Made by a program: the position numbers and the translations under genes. From the sequence record MN850583.1: a stretch of DNA of 42,507 bases; one strand, 5' to 3'. Position 1 is the stretch's first letter, and each line of letters starts with the position of its first letter. This stretch comes from Escherichia phage glasur. Under the pieces are notes generated by a model that was not told where the DNA came from, searched no databases, and saw only the letters and a program-made list of their open reading frames with translations. This document shows, in pieces, positions 32,110-41,999 of this stretch.

Positions 32110-35100
32110 TTACACAAGAATCGCTCGACAAGTTCATGGCTCCCAAGCAGGGGGCCAATGCCCCTACGCTGGTGATTCCAGCTCCCGTAAAAGCTGAGAC
32201 GCTCAGCACTCCACTGCAAGACGCCACTCGTCAGGGTGCCGTTGAGCAGTTCGATAAGATGCAGGAACTGGAAGCGACACCAATTGCCACGGCTTTGAGC
32301 GCTTCTGTGAAGAACTGGGATACAACTCAGCTCTTTGATGCGGCATTCAACAAGCCTGTGTTTCAGGCTGACCCTGACTTCCATCCGAACGAGGCATTGC
32401 AGAATGTCCAGTTCCCGGTGACTGAGGATGACCGCACGTTCCTGTTCAAGTCCAAATCAATGGATGAGTTCAACTGGCGTACACAGCAGCTCCAAGAGAT
32501 GCGCGAACGTACCCAGTTGGCTCACACTGCGCCAGTGATGAACGCAGTGCTGCAATTCGCTGACCCGCTGTACCTCGCCACTGACCTGCTCTCGATGGGA
32601 GCAGGCACTGCCCTGAAACTTGGTCGCCTCGGAACCGCCGCTGTCGGTGCAGCTTCAACTGCTGCCACTATGACAGCGGTGGGTAACGAAGCACGCCCAG
32701 TGTCTCAGAACGAGATTATCTTTGCGGCTGCCCTGCATGGGGCGGCCACCACTGCATTCTATCGCCCCGCCGCTGCGCCAGCCCGTCGCCTTGATGAGCT
32801 GTCGCCGGAGGAATTTGCGGCAGAGATGCAGCGCCGTAACGGTATCGACCCGAACAACCCGCCGCAGTTCGACCCGAACAATGCCATGTCTCCGCTGGCA
32901 ATGTCACTGGGCTTCGGGCGTCGTGGTGCCATGGAGACTGATGAGGTTCCTGAATCCATCCGGGCTGCGGCTCAGCGTGGACTCGACCTCGCTCGCCGTG
33001 GTGAGCAGACCAACCCTAAGCGCCCGTTCCTTGAGTGGTCACTGTTCAAGTCGTTCAGTCAGCATTCTGATGAAGCCAGTGCTCTGGCCGGGCGTCTGCT
33101 GGATGACCCGCTGAATCCGAACATGACCTCTGCTGCTGCAATCCAGCGCGAGACTCAGGCTCGCTTCGGCGTGCTGCTGAACCAGTATGAAGACACTCTG
33201 CGTCATGCCCTGACCACTGACGGTTGGAGTAACATCCGACGCTTCCGTGACCCGGTTGGCTATCGCCGGGCGCAGCAGGAGTTCGAAGCTGCTGTTCGTC
33301 TTGAGCTGGACAAGCGCATGATTGACAATAACTTCCGTGGCGCTAACCCGAATGTGGCTAATGCTGCTGACCGACTGGGCGAATACTCTCGCGCTGTGGG
33401 CCGGGAGCTGGAGCGCAAGGGTATGGTTGAGCCGGGCTTCGTGGAGAAGAACCCGTACTACTACCCTCGCCGGATGAACGTGACTAAGGTTGAGCAGGCT
33501 GAGCAGTTGCTCGGCAAGAAGCCATTCATGAAGCAGATGACGACTGCTGTGCAGCGCGGTATCGGTACTGACCGTCCGACTGCCAACGTCATTGCCCATG
33601 CCATGGTTGAGCGTGCTCGCCGTAAGGGTTACGGTATCGACAACTCCGGTATGATTATCAACAAGGAGGGCCGCGATGAGCTGCTCGAAATCATTGAGAA
33701 CTCGAAAGGACTTGACGAGGCTGCCAAGGCCCGTGCTTCCGCACTCCTTCGTGAATCTGGCTCGGACGCTGGCCGACCGTCGATGCTTAAGAGCCGTATC
33801 AACATCGACATGATGCACCAGCTTGGCCCTAACTTGCAGGTGCGTGACCTGTTCGATGACAGTATCACCAGCATGATGGATGCGTACAACCGCCGCATTA
33901 CCGGGCGACTGGCGCTGCATGAGGCTGGACTGGGTACTGACGCCGAACGCGCTGCTGCTCGTGAGGCTCTGGCCAAATCCATCAAGGATGGTATGGCACG
34001 ACGCCAAGCATTGGAGCAGTATGACAACATCATGGCCTATTATCAGGGTTCCCCGGTCGGTGAGGAAATGCCGCAGTTCATGCGCCAGCTCTCTGCACTG
34101 ACTCAGGCTACTGGTCTGGCTGCATCCGGTCTGTGGCAGTTGGTGGAATACGGCACGATGATGCAACGTTTCGGGGCGGTCAATACATTTCGCGCCATGA
34201 TGCGCACAATCCCGGAAGCACGCGCATTATTTAAGCAGATGAGAGTGACTACTAAGGAAGGTCGTCAGTTGGCCTTGGATGCTGAGGAAGCTCTGACCGC
34301 TGCTGTGGCAAGTGATATCCGTATGCGCCCAATCATGCAGCACTATGAAGACATGTTCTCTGCTGACAAGTCACCGTGGGTTATGCGTCTTGAGCACGCC
34401 CGTGACGCCACGATGTTCATCAACATGCAGAAATACATCCACTTCCACCAGACTCGAACCAATGCTGCGCTCGTGATGCAGACGCTGCGTAAGGCAGCCG
34501 AAGGTGATGCCAAGGCTATTGCAGCCATGAAAACCTACGGTGCCAATGACGCGCTGCTGGCTGACATTCGCAAGCAGGTTGGTACTCATGGCACCAAGCC
34601 CGACGCTTGGGATGAAGGGGTGTTCAATCGCTCTCGCATTGTCATGATGAATGCCATGGATGACGCTATTGTTCGCGCTCGTGTAGGTGAGCTGCCTGCA
34701 TTCGCAGAGTTCAGCACGCTGGGCAAGTTCCTGTTTACGTTCCGTCGATTCGTCGCGGCTACGCACAACAAGACTCTGGTGGGTACATGGAATCGTGAGG
34801 GTGCGCGTGGTATGGCTACGCTCATGGCGTACCAGTACCCGCTGGCAATGATGGCCACTGCCGCCAACAACGTGATTTCCGGTAAAGCATTCTCCGACCC
34901 GGAAACCATGGCACCTAATAAGCTGGCTGGCCAAGCGCTGAATTATCTTGGTGCTATCGGCTTTGCCTCTGAGTTCACTGGTGTCCTGACTGGGCAGCAG
35001 CGTAGCTTCGGTGCGCCGGGCTTGCTGTTCCTTGACCGCGCTTACGGTGTGGCAGGCGCAGCTACCAGTGCTGCTGGCGGCGTGCTGACTGGTGATACCG

Positions 35101-35213
35101 AGCAGGCAGTGTCCGGCGCTCGTAAAACGGCAGGTAACATCATCCAAGCTATCCCACTCATCTCAATCGTGCCGGGCGTCCGAGCACTCAACGAAGCAGT
35201 TAAGGGTGAATAA
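32106..35213 (+). CDS. Large internal virion (core/ejection) protein, T7 gp16-like
   Basis: 1035 aa, position and size. I could not confirm a lytic transglycosylase motif by eye. Confidence 0.7.
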   Translation: MITQESLDKFMAPKQGANAPTLVIPAPVKAETLSTPLQDATRQGAVEQFDKMQELEATPIATALSASVKNWDTTQLFDAAFNKPVFQADPDFHPNEALQNVQFPVTEDDRTFLFKSKSMDEFNWRTQQLQEMRERTQLAHTAPVMNAVLQFADPLYLATDLLSMGAGTALKLGRLGTAAVGAASTAATMTAVGNEARPVSQNEIIFAAALHGAATTAFYRPAAAPARRLDELSPEEFAAEMQRRNGIDPNNPPQFDPNNAMSPLAMSLGFGRRGAMETDEVPESIRAAAQRGLDLARRGEQTNPKRPFLEWSLFKSFSQHSDEASALAGRLLDDPLNPNMTSAAAIQRETQARFGVLLNQYEDTLRHALTTDGWSNIRRFRDPVGYRRAQQEFEAAVRLELDKRMIDNNFRGANPNVANAADRLGEYSRAVGRELERKGMVEPGFVEKNPYYYPRRMNVTKVEQAEQLLGKKPFMKQMTTAVQRGIGTDRPTANVIAHAMVERARRKGYGIDNSGMIINKEGRDELLEIIENSKGLDEAAKARASALLRESGSDAGRPSMLKSRINIDMMHQLGPNLQVRDLFDDSITSMMDAYNRRITGRLALHEAGLGTDAERAAAREALAKSIKDGMARRQALEQYDNIMAYYQGSPVGEEMPQFMRQLSALTQATGLAASGLWQLVEYGTMMQRFGAVNTFRAMMRTIPEARALFKQMRVTTKEGRQLALDAEEALTAAVASDIRMRPIMQHYEDMFSADKSPWVMRLEHARDATMFINMQKYIHFHQTRTNAALVMQTLRKAAEGDAKAIAAMKTYGANDALLADIRKQVGTHGTKPDAWDEGVFNRSRIVMMNAMDDAIVRARVGELPAFAEFSTLGKFLFTFRRFVAATHNKTLVGTWNREGARGMATLMAYQYPLAMMATAANNVISGKAFSDPETMAPNKLAGQALNYLGAIGFASEFTGVLTGQQRSFGAPGLLFLDRAYGVAGAATSAAGGVLTGDTEQAVSGARKTAGNIIQAIPLISIVPGVRALNEAVKGE

Positions 35214-37585
35214 TGGCGAACAGCTACAACACTTACGTGGCGAACGGCTCGCAGACCGCGTTCCTCGTTACGTTTGAGCAGCGCGTGTTCACACAGATTC
35301 AGGTGTACCTCAACTCCGAACTCCAGACGAGCGGGTACACCTACAACTCTGTGACCAAACAGATTGTCTTTGACACCGCCCCGCTCGCCGGGGTGATTGT
35401 CCGTTTGCAACGCTATACCTCTGAGACTCTGCTGAACAAGTTCGGACAGGACGCTGCCTTTACAGGCAGCAACCTCGACGAGAACTTCGAGCAGATTCTG
35501 TTCAAGGCTGAGGAAACTCAGGAAGCATGGCTCGCGCCGCTTGACCGCGCCGTCCGTGTCCCGAACTCCGAAGTCTCCATCAACGCATTACCGAACGTCG
35601 CTGGCCGCCGCAACAAGGCACTGGGCTTTGACAGCAATGGCCAGCCGTTCATGATTCCTCTGGTTGATATCCCTGACTCCGCGCTGGCTATCGCACTTGC
35701 GATGAATGACGGCGGTAAGTGGATTGGTACACTGGGCGGCGGCACGTTCCTCGACCGTCAGGATACCGTGTGCCTGTCAGAGTTCACCAACAACACCGGG
35801 TACGCCTCTATCGCCGCTGCGGTACAAGCGTGCTTTGATTATGCCAAGGCTAACCACAAGACTGTGGATGCCCGTGGCTGGGTCGGTACTGTCAACTCCA
35901 CTGTCCTGATGGACGGCATTGAGGTTGTCGGCGGCACTTGGAACGGTACGGCTGATATCCGACTGCTGGACTCCACGTTCCGCGACTTCAAAGCCTCGAC
36001 TGTCCGTGTCTGCTACTGGGGTGGTAAGGTTCGCATCTCTGATTATGAGTTCACTGGTGCGCCATCGAACTCCAAAGTAGCGAGCATTCTGTTCCAAGGC
36101 AACATCGCCGGGGGCAGCTATGTCATTGAGAACGGTATCCACCGCAATGGCAAGTTCGGTATTCTCCAGCAGGGTACTGGTGAGGCTATCGAGAACGGCG
36201 TTATCCGCAACATCGCTATGATGAATATGCTGGGTGACGGCATTGAGATGAACGTAATCAACAAGCACTATGATGGTGGCCTGCTGATTGAGAACATCTA
36301 CCTCGAAGACCTCGACGGTACGACTGCGCCTATCCCCCTGTCCAACTGGGGTATCGGCATCGGTATTGCTGGCCAAGGCCCGTTCGGTTGGGATGCTGCT
36401 GAAACGCAGTACGCCAAGAACGTGGTCGTCCGTAACGTCCATGCTCCGCGTGGCGTGCGTCAGGTTGTCCACTTCGAAGTTACCCGCGATAGCGTGTGTG
36501 AGAACGTGTTCTGTAACCCTGACCTCGCTGTGTCCACTGGTACTGGCCTAACGGCGGCAGGTGTAATCACCTACGGCTGTAAGCGCATGACCATTGACGG
36601 CGTGGCTGGTGAGCCAATCAACACTGGCGCAACCTCCCCTAACGCGATTCGTCTCGTTATGTTGGAGTGGGGTGCGAACCAAGCAGGTGCAGGCGGCACG
36701 CCGGGCGCGGCATGTCCTTCGTTTGATATGACTGTGCGTAACGTGCAGACCCGTACCGGACGCTTCTACGCTGGTGTTGGCTCCGACGACACGAACAACA
36801 ACACGTATCATCTGGAAAACATCCACTGCCATACGATGAGTCTGTTCGGCGTGGCGACGCTGCTGAATATGACAAACGTGACTGGGGTGGTGTTCGATGC
36901 TGTAGGCGATGACTCCAGCGGCGGCACCCCATCCAATGGTCTGTACCCGCGTAAGAAGACTGTTCTCAACATGGTGAACGTGAACTTCTACGGGCCGGGC
37001 ATGACTGAGGGTGCGCTGTACAGTAAGGCTCGCTACTCGGATATCAGCACGCTGAACTCCAACGTGCGTGCTATCCCGTACACCAACATCCAAGGTAACG
37101 TAGGCGTCGTCCTGTCTCCGGTCAACCGCATGTACACGCTGCCGAATAACCTTGCAACCTTGACTGGTGGGGAGTTCCCGACTGGTAAAGAGTTCTGCGA
37201 GGGGACGGTGCTGTTTAAGACTGACGGCTCTGGTGGCAACTTCATCGTGACTGGCTTCGGTGCGTATATCCCGGATGACGGGAACAACTTCAAGGTACGT
37301 GCTGCTGCCGCTGGCCAGACGTATCTTGAGCAGAACCTGACTCCGGCTGGTACTCAGGCTTCCACCTCGTGGTTGTACCATAAGCCTATCTCGGCTGGTA
37401 CTCGTCTACAGGTGCCGGGCGCTGGTGCTGGCGGTGCAACACTGACGGTTACGGTGGTTCGTGCGCCTTATCAGGTGGACAACAACATCGGGAACCCGGT
37501 ACGCATCGACATTACCCCGGCGCTCGTGACGGCTATCCCTGCTGGGACTCAGCTCGCCGCGACGTACCCGGTCACTTACATCTAA
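35213..37585 (+). CDS. Tail fibre/tailspike with T7 gp17-like N-terminal anchor and probable beta-helix receptor-binding or depolymerase domain
   Basis: N-terminus MANSYNTYVANGSQTAFLVTFEQ... resembles the conserved tail-attachment domain. Central region has G/N/I-rich repeats typical of right-handed beta-helices. Confidence 0.75.
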   Translation: MANSYNTYVANGSQTAFLVTFEQRVFTQIQVYLNSELQTSGYTYNSVTKQIVFDTAPLAGVIVRLQRYTSETLLNKFGQDAAFTGSNLDENFEQILFKAEETQEAWLAPLDRAVRVPNSEVSINALPNVAGRRNKALGFDSNGQPFMIPLVDIPDSALAIALAMNDGGKWIGTLGGGTFLDRQDTVCLSEFTNNTGYASIAAAVQACFDYAKANHKTVDARGWVGTVNSTVLMDGIEVVGGTWNGTADIRLLDSTFRDFKASTVRVCYWGGKVRISDYEFTGAPSNSKVASILFQGNIAGGSYVIENGIHRNGKFGILQQGTGEAIENGVIRNIAMMNMLGDGIEMNVINKHYDGGLLIENIYLEDLDGTTAPIPLSNWGIGIGIAGQGPFGWDAAETQYAKNVVVRNVHAPRGVRQVVHFEVTRDSVCENVFCNPDLAVSTGTGLTAAGVITYGCKRMTIDGVAGEPINTGATSPNAIRLVMLEWGANQAGAGGTPGAACPSFDMTVRNVQTRTGRFYAGVGSDDTNNNTYHLENIHCHTMSLFGVATLLNMTNVTGVVFDAVGDDSSGGTPSNGLYPRKKTVLNMVNVNFYGPGMTEGALYSKARYSDISTLNSNVRAIPYTNIQGNVGVVLSPVNRMYTLPNNLATLTGGEFPTGKEFCEGTVLFKTDGSGGNFIVTGFGAYIPDDGNNFKVRAAAAGQTYLEQNLTPAGTQASTSWLYHKPISAGTRLQVPGAGAGGATLTVTVVRAPYQVDNNIGNPVRIDITPALVTAIPAGTQLAATYPVTYI

Positions 37586-37594
37586 GGAGAAACC

Positions 37595-37900
37595 ATGGCA
37601 TCCGTGAACAAGCAGCTCGATGGGCTGCACCGGATGCTGGTGGAGTATCTGTCCGACCGCTTGGCCGACGCCCGTAGAAAAGATGAGAACGGTAATATCA
37701 TCGAACCTATGGCGGCGGCTGAGCTGTCCGTGCTTCGCCAGTTCCTGAAAGACAACGGCATTCAGGCTGATAAAGACCACGCTGACGACCTGCTCGCGCT
37801 GCAAGAACAGCTCAACAACGAGAAGACCGAGGCTGGCCGCAAGGATATCATGACTGCTGCCATCAACTCAATCGCAGAAGATAGCGGGATGATGCACTAA
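37595..37900 (+). CDS. Terminase small subunit (T7 gp18-like)
   Basis: 101 aa helical protein immediately upstream of the large terminase, overlapping it by TAATG. Confidence 0.55.
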   Translation: MASVNKQLDGLHRMLVEYLSDRLADARRKDENGNIIEPMAAAELSVLRQFLKDNGIQADKDHADDLLALQEQLNNEKTEAGRKDIMTAAINSIAEDSGMMH

Positions 37901-39660
37901 TGGATTTACAACGCCGCATGGTGATGGCAGGAATCGTTCGCGCTCACTACGAGAACAACTTCCCGCTGTTCCTGCACGACTACTTCGCATGGCTGGGCTT
38001 TGACCTCACTGAAATGCAGCTCGACATTGGCCGCTACATGGCCGACCGGACGCTCAAGAACAAGTGCGTCATGGCGCAGCGCGGTGAGGCTAAGTCCACC
38101 ATCGGCATTGCTCGCGCTCTGTACGAATTTGTGCAGATGCCGAACGCTACTGTCCTGCTCGTATCCGGTTCCGACGACTATGCTGGTACGCTGTCGCACG
38201 CTATCGTGTCGGCTATCATGCAATGGGACAGGTTGGAATGGTTACGCCCGGAGACTCGCGCTGGCGCACGTACATCGTACACCGATGGCTTCGACGTGCA
38301 TCACGCATTCCGTATCCCTGATAAACAGCCCTCTGTAAAAGCGGTCGGTATCTTCGGCCAGTTGCAGGGGAACCACGTATCGCTGTTGATTGCCGATGAC
38401 GTGGAGACTACCAGTAACGGTAGCTCTCCTGCCAACCGCGCCCGTATCAATACCCTGACCAAAGAGTTCGCGGCTATCGCCAATGACGGTGCAGAGATTC
38501 TGTACCTCGGTACACCGCAGACTCAAGACTCCATCTATAACACGCTCCCGCAGCGTGGCTTTGATGTTCGCATCTGGCCCGGTCGTTTCCCAACGGTTGA
38601 GGAAGAAGAACGCTACGGAGGCTGTCTGGCCCCGTGGATTAAGCAGAAGATGGAGGGCCACCCGGAACTTCGCACAGGTTATGGTATCCTTGGGAACCGT
38701 GGTGCGCAGACCGACCCGCAACGCTACTCCGAAGAAAAGCAGTTGCAGAACGAACGAGACTACCAGCAGGCAGGCTTCCAGTTGCAGTTCATGCTGGACA
38801 CTTCTCTGTCGGATGCTCTCAAACAGACCTTGCATCTCAAGGACTTAATCTTCTTCCACGGCTCGCCTATCTCCGCGCCGGAAGTCTTGCATTGGTCGAA
38901 TCACCCACGGCACGCCGCCGAGCTGCCACTGGATTTCCCACTCGCTCGTGCGCAGCTATTCTTGGCTGCTGATTTCTCGGACACTTATGTACCATTCGAA
39001 AATGCCTCGGCGTTTCTTGACCCTGCTGGTGGTGGGTCGGATGAATCAGTTATCATCGTCACCGCTTCTATCGGCCCGTTTATCCACGTCCTTGGTATGC
39101 ACGTCTACCACGGCGGCCAGACGGAGGAAAACATCCAGACGGCGGTGTCGTGGCTAGGTGAGCTGGGCTGCAAACGTCTCGTCATTGAGGACAACATGGG
39201 CCACGGCACCGTGACCAACATGTACCGAGGTGAGATTAAGCGGCAGAAGCTGACCATGGGCTGCGAGGGTGTGTACTCGTCCGGCCAGAAAGAGGTGCGT
39301 ATCATCAACCGCCTCGGCCCAATCATGCAGCGCCACCGTGTGGTTGTCCACTGGAGCGTTGTTGAAGAAGACCTGCGGTTATGCCGGGGTATGGCCAACG
39401 GTGGTCGTGAGTACAGCCTGTTCTGGCAGCTCCAGAACCTGACTCAAGACCGTCAATCCATCCCGCATGATGACCGAATTGAAACCTTAGCCGCTGCCGT
39501 GTACCTCCACGCCGAGGTGTTGCAGCAAGACGAAAACGAAGAAGCGGAGCGCCGTGCAGTCGCTGTGGCCAAAGAGTTCATCGCCAACCCTATGGGGTAT
39601 GATGACCCGAAATGGCGCAGCCACAAGCCTGTACGCGGTACGCGACGGAGAATTAGATAA
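37900..39660 (+). CDS. Terminase large subunit (T7 gp19-like)
   Basis: 586 aa, the same length I recall for T7 gp19. Walker-B-like LLIADDVETT; canonical position. Confidence 0.85.
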   Translation: MDLQRRMVMAGIVRAHYENNFPLFLHDYFAWLGFDLTEMQLDIGRYMADRTLKNKCVMAQRGEAKSTIGIARALYEFVQMPNATVLLVSGSDDYAGTLSHAIVSAIMQWDRLEWLRPETRAGARTSYTDGFDVHHAFRIPDKQPSVKAVGIFGQLQGNHVSLLIADDVETTSNGSSPANRARINTLTKEFAAIANDGAEILYLGTPQTQDSIYNTLPQRGFDVRIWPGRFPTVEEEERYGGCLAPWIKQKMEGHPELRTGYGILGNRGAQTDPQRYSEEKQLQNERDYQQAGFQLQFMLDTSLSDALKQTLHLKDLIFFHGSPISAPEVLHWSNHPRHAAELPLDFPLARAQLFLAADFSDTYVPFENASAFLDPAGGGSDESVIIVTASIGPFIHVLGMHVYHGGQTEENIQTAVSWLGELGCKRLVIEDNMGHGTVTNMYRGEIKRQKLTMGCEGVYSSGQKEVRIINRLGPIMQRHRVVVHWSVVEEDLRLCRGMANGGREYSLFWQLQNLTQDRQSIPHDDRIETLAAAVYLHAEVLQQDENEEAERRAVAVAKEFIANPMGYDDPKWRSHKPVRGTRRRIR

Positions 39661-40331
39661 TGTCCCTGATTACCATCACCGATGCTCAGCGTTACGATAT
39701 CGGTTATCGCTGCAACATCGCAGCAAACCTCACCCAGCGGTTCGTGAATGATACCCGGACGGTGACGGCAGCTCAGGCTGCTGCTATTGATACAGCCATC
39801 GAGAACCTCATGACGGCGTTGGAAGCCGCAGGCTATAGTTCCGTACCGGATGGGTCTGCCATCGTCGCAGACGGCGCTGCAATCAACGTGGTGAACTTCA
39901 ATGGTACGGTCACTAAGGCTGGTACTGTTGACGTTACTGACGGTGTTGCTTCGGTCAACTTCCCTGTCACCATCGGTATGAAAGCCAATGGCGAAACTAT
40001 CTCTGTTCAGAACGTGTCCGGTGCCAATGGCATTGGCTCCACTGCATTCGTTGACTCCAACGGTGTGCTGCTGGCTGCCCGGCTCCCGGCTACCGCCGCC
40101 ACGCTCCAGAACAACGCTACGATTCAGATTCGCAACTCTGCGGGTACTGCTATCGGCAACGCCACCTTCAACGTGGCCTCTGGTGCCATCACCTACGGTT
40201 CGCTTCCGGCTACCATTGCTGGCGTAACCAACGGTCAGGCACTCACTGGTGTTGCGCCGACTGGCACGTACACCAACACTGTAACCTTCACTGTAGCTGG
40301 CGGCGTCATCACAGCTATCACATTGTCTTAA
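39660..40331 (+). CDS. Thr/Gly/Ala/Asn-rich beta-type protein of unknown function (223 aa); possible accessory fibre or adhesin-like virion protein
   Basis: ORF track. Imperfect internal repeats (NGTVTKAGTVDVTDGVASVNF, IGNATFNVASGAITYGSL, TGTYTNTVTFTVAGGVITAITLS). Unusual placement between terminase and lysis genes. Confidence 0.6.
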   Translation: MSLITITDAQRYDIGYRCNIAANLTQRFVNDTRTVTAAQAAAIDTAIENLMTALEAAGYSSVPDGSAIVADGAAINVVNFNGTVTKAGTVDVTDGVASVNFPVTIGMKANGETISVQNVSGANGIGSTAFVDSNGVLLAARLPATAATLQNNATIQIRNSAGTAIGNATFNVASGAITYGSLPATIAGVTNGQALTGVAPTGTYTNTVTFTVAGGVITAITLS

Positions 40332-40342
40332 TAGGAGTTCTT

Positions 40343-40528
40343 ATGGCCTTATCTGCATCTACCGCAGCCGAACGCGCCGAGTTCGTGGCAGCCTGTAATA
40401 TGGCAGCCAAGTACCTGAACGTTTGGGTTGAGGACGGTTACTTCGACACGACCAACACTGCTCTGATTGCCTACTATCAGACCTTCGTTACCCGTGTCTC
40501 TAACGCCCTTACTGCGCTGACGAACTAA
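40343..40528 (+). CDS. Small protein of unknown function (61 aa)
   Basis: ORF track. AGGAG ribosome-binding site. Confidence 0.6.
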   Translation: MALSASTAAERAEFVAACNMAAKYLNVWVEDGYFDTTNTALIAYYQTFVTRVSNALTALTN

Positions 40529-40539
40529 CGGAGTAACAT

Positions 40540-41028
40540 ATGAAACTGTCTCGGCTTATGGCCGGGGCAGTCTTGTCTCTGTCCTTGACATTGACGGGCT
40601 GCTCCGCAACAAGCGCACTGTCTGCTGTAACCTCGGCTGTCTCTCCCAATAAGCCGGAACTAACGGCACAGGTTGGCGCAGAGAACACGAAACAAGGCAT
40701 CGGCTTGACTGCGAAACAGTCCGACGAAACGAAGGTCGGTGACGTATCTGGTAACGCGCAAGTGGATACCGCTAAACAGGGTAGTGATTCGACGACTGTG
40801 AAGGACGTCACAGGAGGCTCTGTAAACGCTTCTAAGCAGGGGTCGCAAATGACCCAAGGGAACGTACAGGCTAAAACTGTTGTCATCTCACAGAGCGACC
40901 CACGCAGCCTCCTATGGGCTTTCGGCATGGGTCTGACCTGTATCTTAGGCTTGGTAATGTGGTTTGTACCATCTCCGTGGAAAAAGAAGGTGAAAGATGA
41001 CGGAAGCAAAGAAGGAGCCAGCTCCTAA
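40540..41028 (+). CDS. Putative unimolecular spanin (N-terminal lipoprotein signal plus C-terminal transmembrane helix)
   Basis: Lipobox LTLTGC at the N-terminus, Thr/Ser/Lys-rich periplasmic region, C-terminal helix LLWAFGMGLTCILGLVMWFV followed by basic PWKKKVKD. Adjacent to the endolysin gene. Confidence 0.5.
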   Translation: MKLSRLMAGAVLSLSLTLTGCSATSALSAVTSAVSPNKPELTAQVGAENTKQGIGLTAKQSDETKVGDVSGNAQVDTAKQGSDSTTVKDVTGGSVNASKQGSQMTQGNVQAKTVVISQSDPRSLLWAFGMGLTCILGLVMWFVPSPWKKKVKDDGSKEGASS

Positions 41029-41380
41029 CATCCACTCGCGTATGGGCGCTGTGGAGGCTCGTATGCAATCCGTAGAAACTCGCCTCGACAAACACGAGAT
41101 TCAAATTGCCAACCTTGAGAAAGGTGACGCTGCTATGCTGGCCAAGCTATCGGAGAACGACTCCCGGTGGCTGGAGATTCAGCAGCAGCTCCGTGTCGTC
41201 GAGCAAATTCAGGACATTCAAAAGACTATGAGCCACATTGGTAAGCTGTTTACTTACGCGGCTCACGCCGTCAAGTGGTGTCTCCTGACCGCTTCACTCG
41301 TTAGCGGTATCTATCTTGCGGTCAAGGCTGGCGACCTCACGGCGCTCCAGTCCTTTATCACAACGATTATGGGGATGTAA
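40997..41380 (+). CDS. Holin-like or lysis-regulator membrane protein (127 aa; coiled coil plus C-terminal transmembrane helix)
   Basis: ORF track. AAGAAGG ribosome-binding site; hydrophobic WCLLTASLVSGIYLAVKAG near the C-terminus. Assignment mainly from position immediately upstream of the endolysin. Confidence 0.35.
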   Translation: MTEAKKEPAPNIHSRMGAVEARMQSVETRLDKHEIQIANLEKGDAAMLAKLSENDSRWLEIQQQLRVVEQIQDIQKTMSHIGKLFTYAAHAVKWCLLTASLVSGIYLAVKAGDLTALQSFITTIMGM

Positions 41381-41916
41381 TGACTAACTTTGAAATCTGT
41401 ATGAAGTTCACCGGGCTGGCCGAGGGTGGGTACACCAAGCTGCCCGGTGACACTGGAGGGGAAACCAACCATGGAATTAGTGACGCTCGTGATGGGAAGC
41501 TGGATGGCAGAGCTTGTGGTGTCCCTACTGGGCTTGGCGGCACTGTGTGCGTGCCTATTAAACAGCTCACCAAAGAGCAAGCCGAAGCAATCTATCGCCG
41601 GGACTACTACAGCCCCATCAGAGGTGACGAGCTTCACCCTGCGATTGCATGTGCCGTGTTTGACTACGGCGTCAACTCCGGCGTCTCCCGTGCTGCTAAG
41701 GCTCTACAGCGGGTATGCGGGGTTGCACAAGACGGGGTTATCGGCCCTGCTACCGTGGCAGCAGCCAAACGTCTGGAACCTCACTCCGCAGCAGCATCCA
41801 TCTGTGACCTTCGTATTGCGTTCCTAGAGGCTTCTACGGCCACGACAGTGGTTCGCTATAGGGATGCCTTGGTTGCTCGTGCAAAACGCTGTAGCGCTTA
41901 CTGTGCGACGCTGTAG
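41380..41916 (+). CDS. Endolysin: GH108-type N-acetylmuramidase with C-terminal peptidoglycan-binding domain
   Basis: N-terminal signature FTGLAEGGYTKLPGDTGGETNHGI (the EGGY...D.GG.T.HGI family motif) and C-terminal AKALQRVCGVAQDGVIGPATVAAAKRL typical of peptidoglycan-binding repeats. No signal anchor. Confidence 0.8.
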   Translation: MTNFEICMKFTGLAEGGYTKLPGDTGGETNHGISDARDGKLDGRACGVPTGLGGTVCVPIKQLTKEQAEAIYRRDYYSPIRGDELHPAIACAVFDYGVNSGVSRAAKALQRVCGVAQDGVIGPATVAAAKRLEPHSAAASICDLRIAFLEASTATTVVRYRDALVARAKRCSAYCATL

Positions 41917-41999
41917 GGGTATCCGAAAGCTGACACAATGAACAGGCCGTGGGTGCAATACCCCGGCTTGAAAATTGAACGTTTATGCGTGGGCCTCCC

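Noticed and set aside
33039-35147. Minus-strand ORFs (375 aa and 258 aa) antisense to the large internal virion protein gene
   Set aside because: Shadow ORFs opposite a long + strand gene; no ribosome-binding site and implausible composition.
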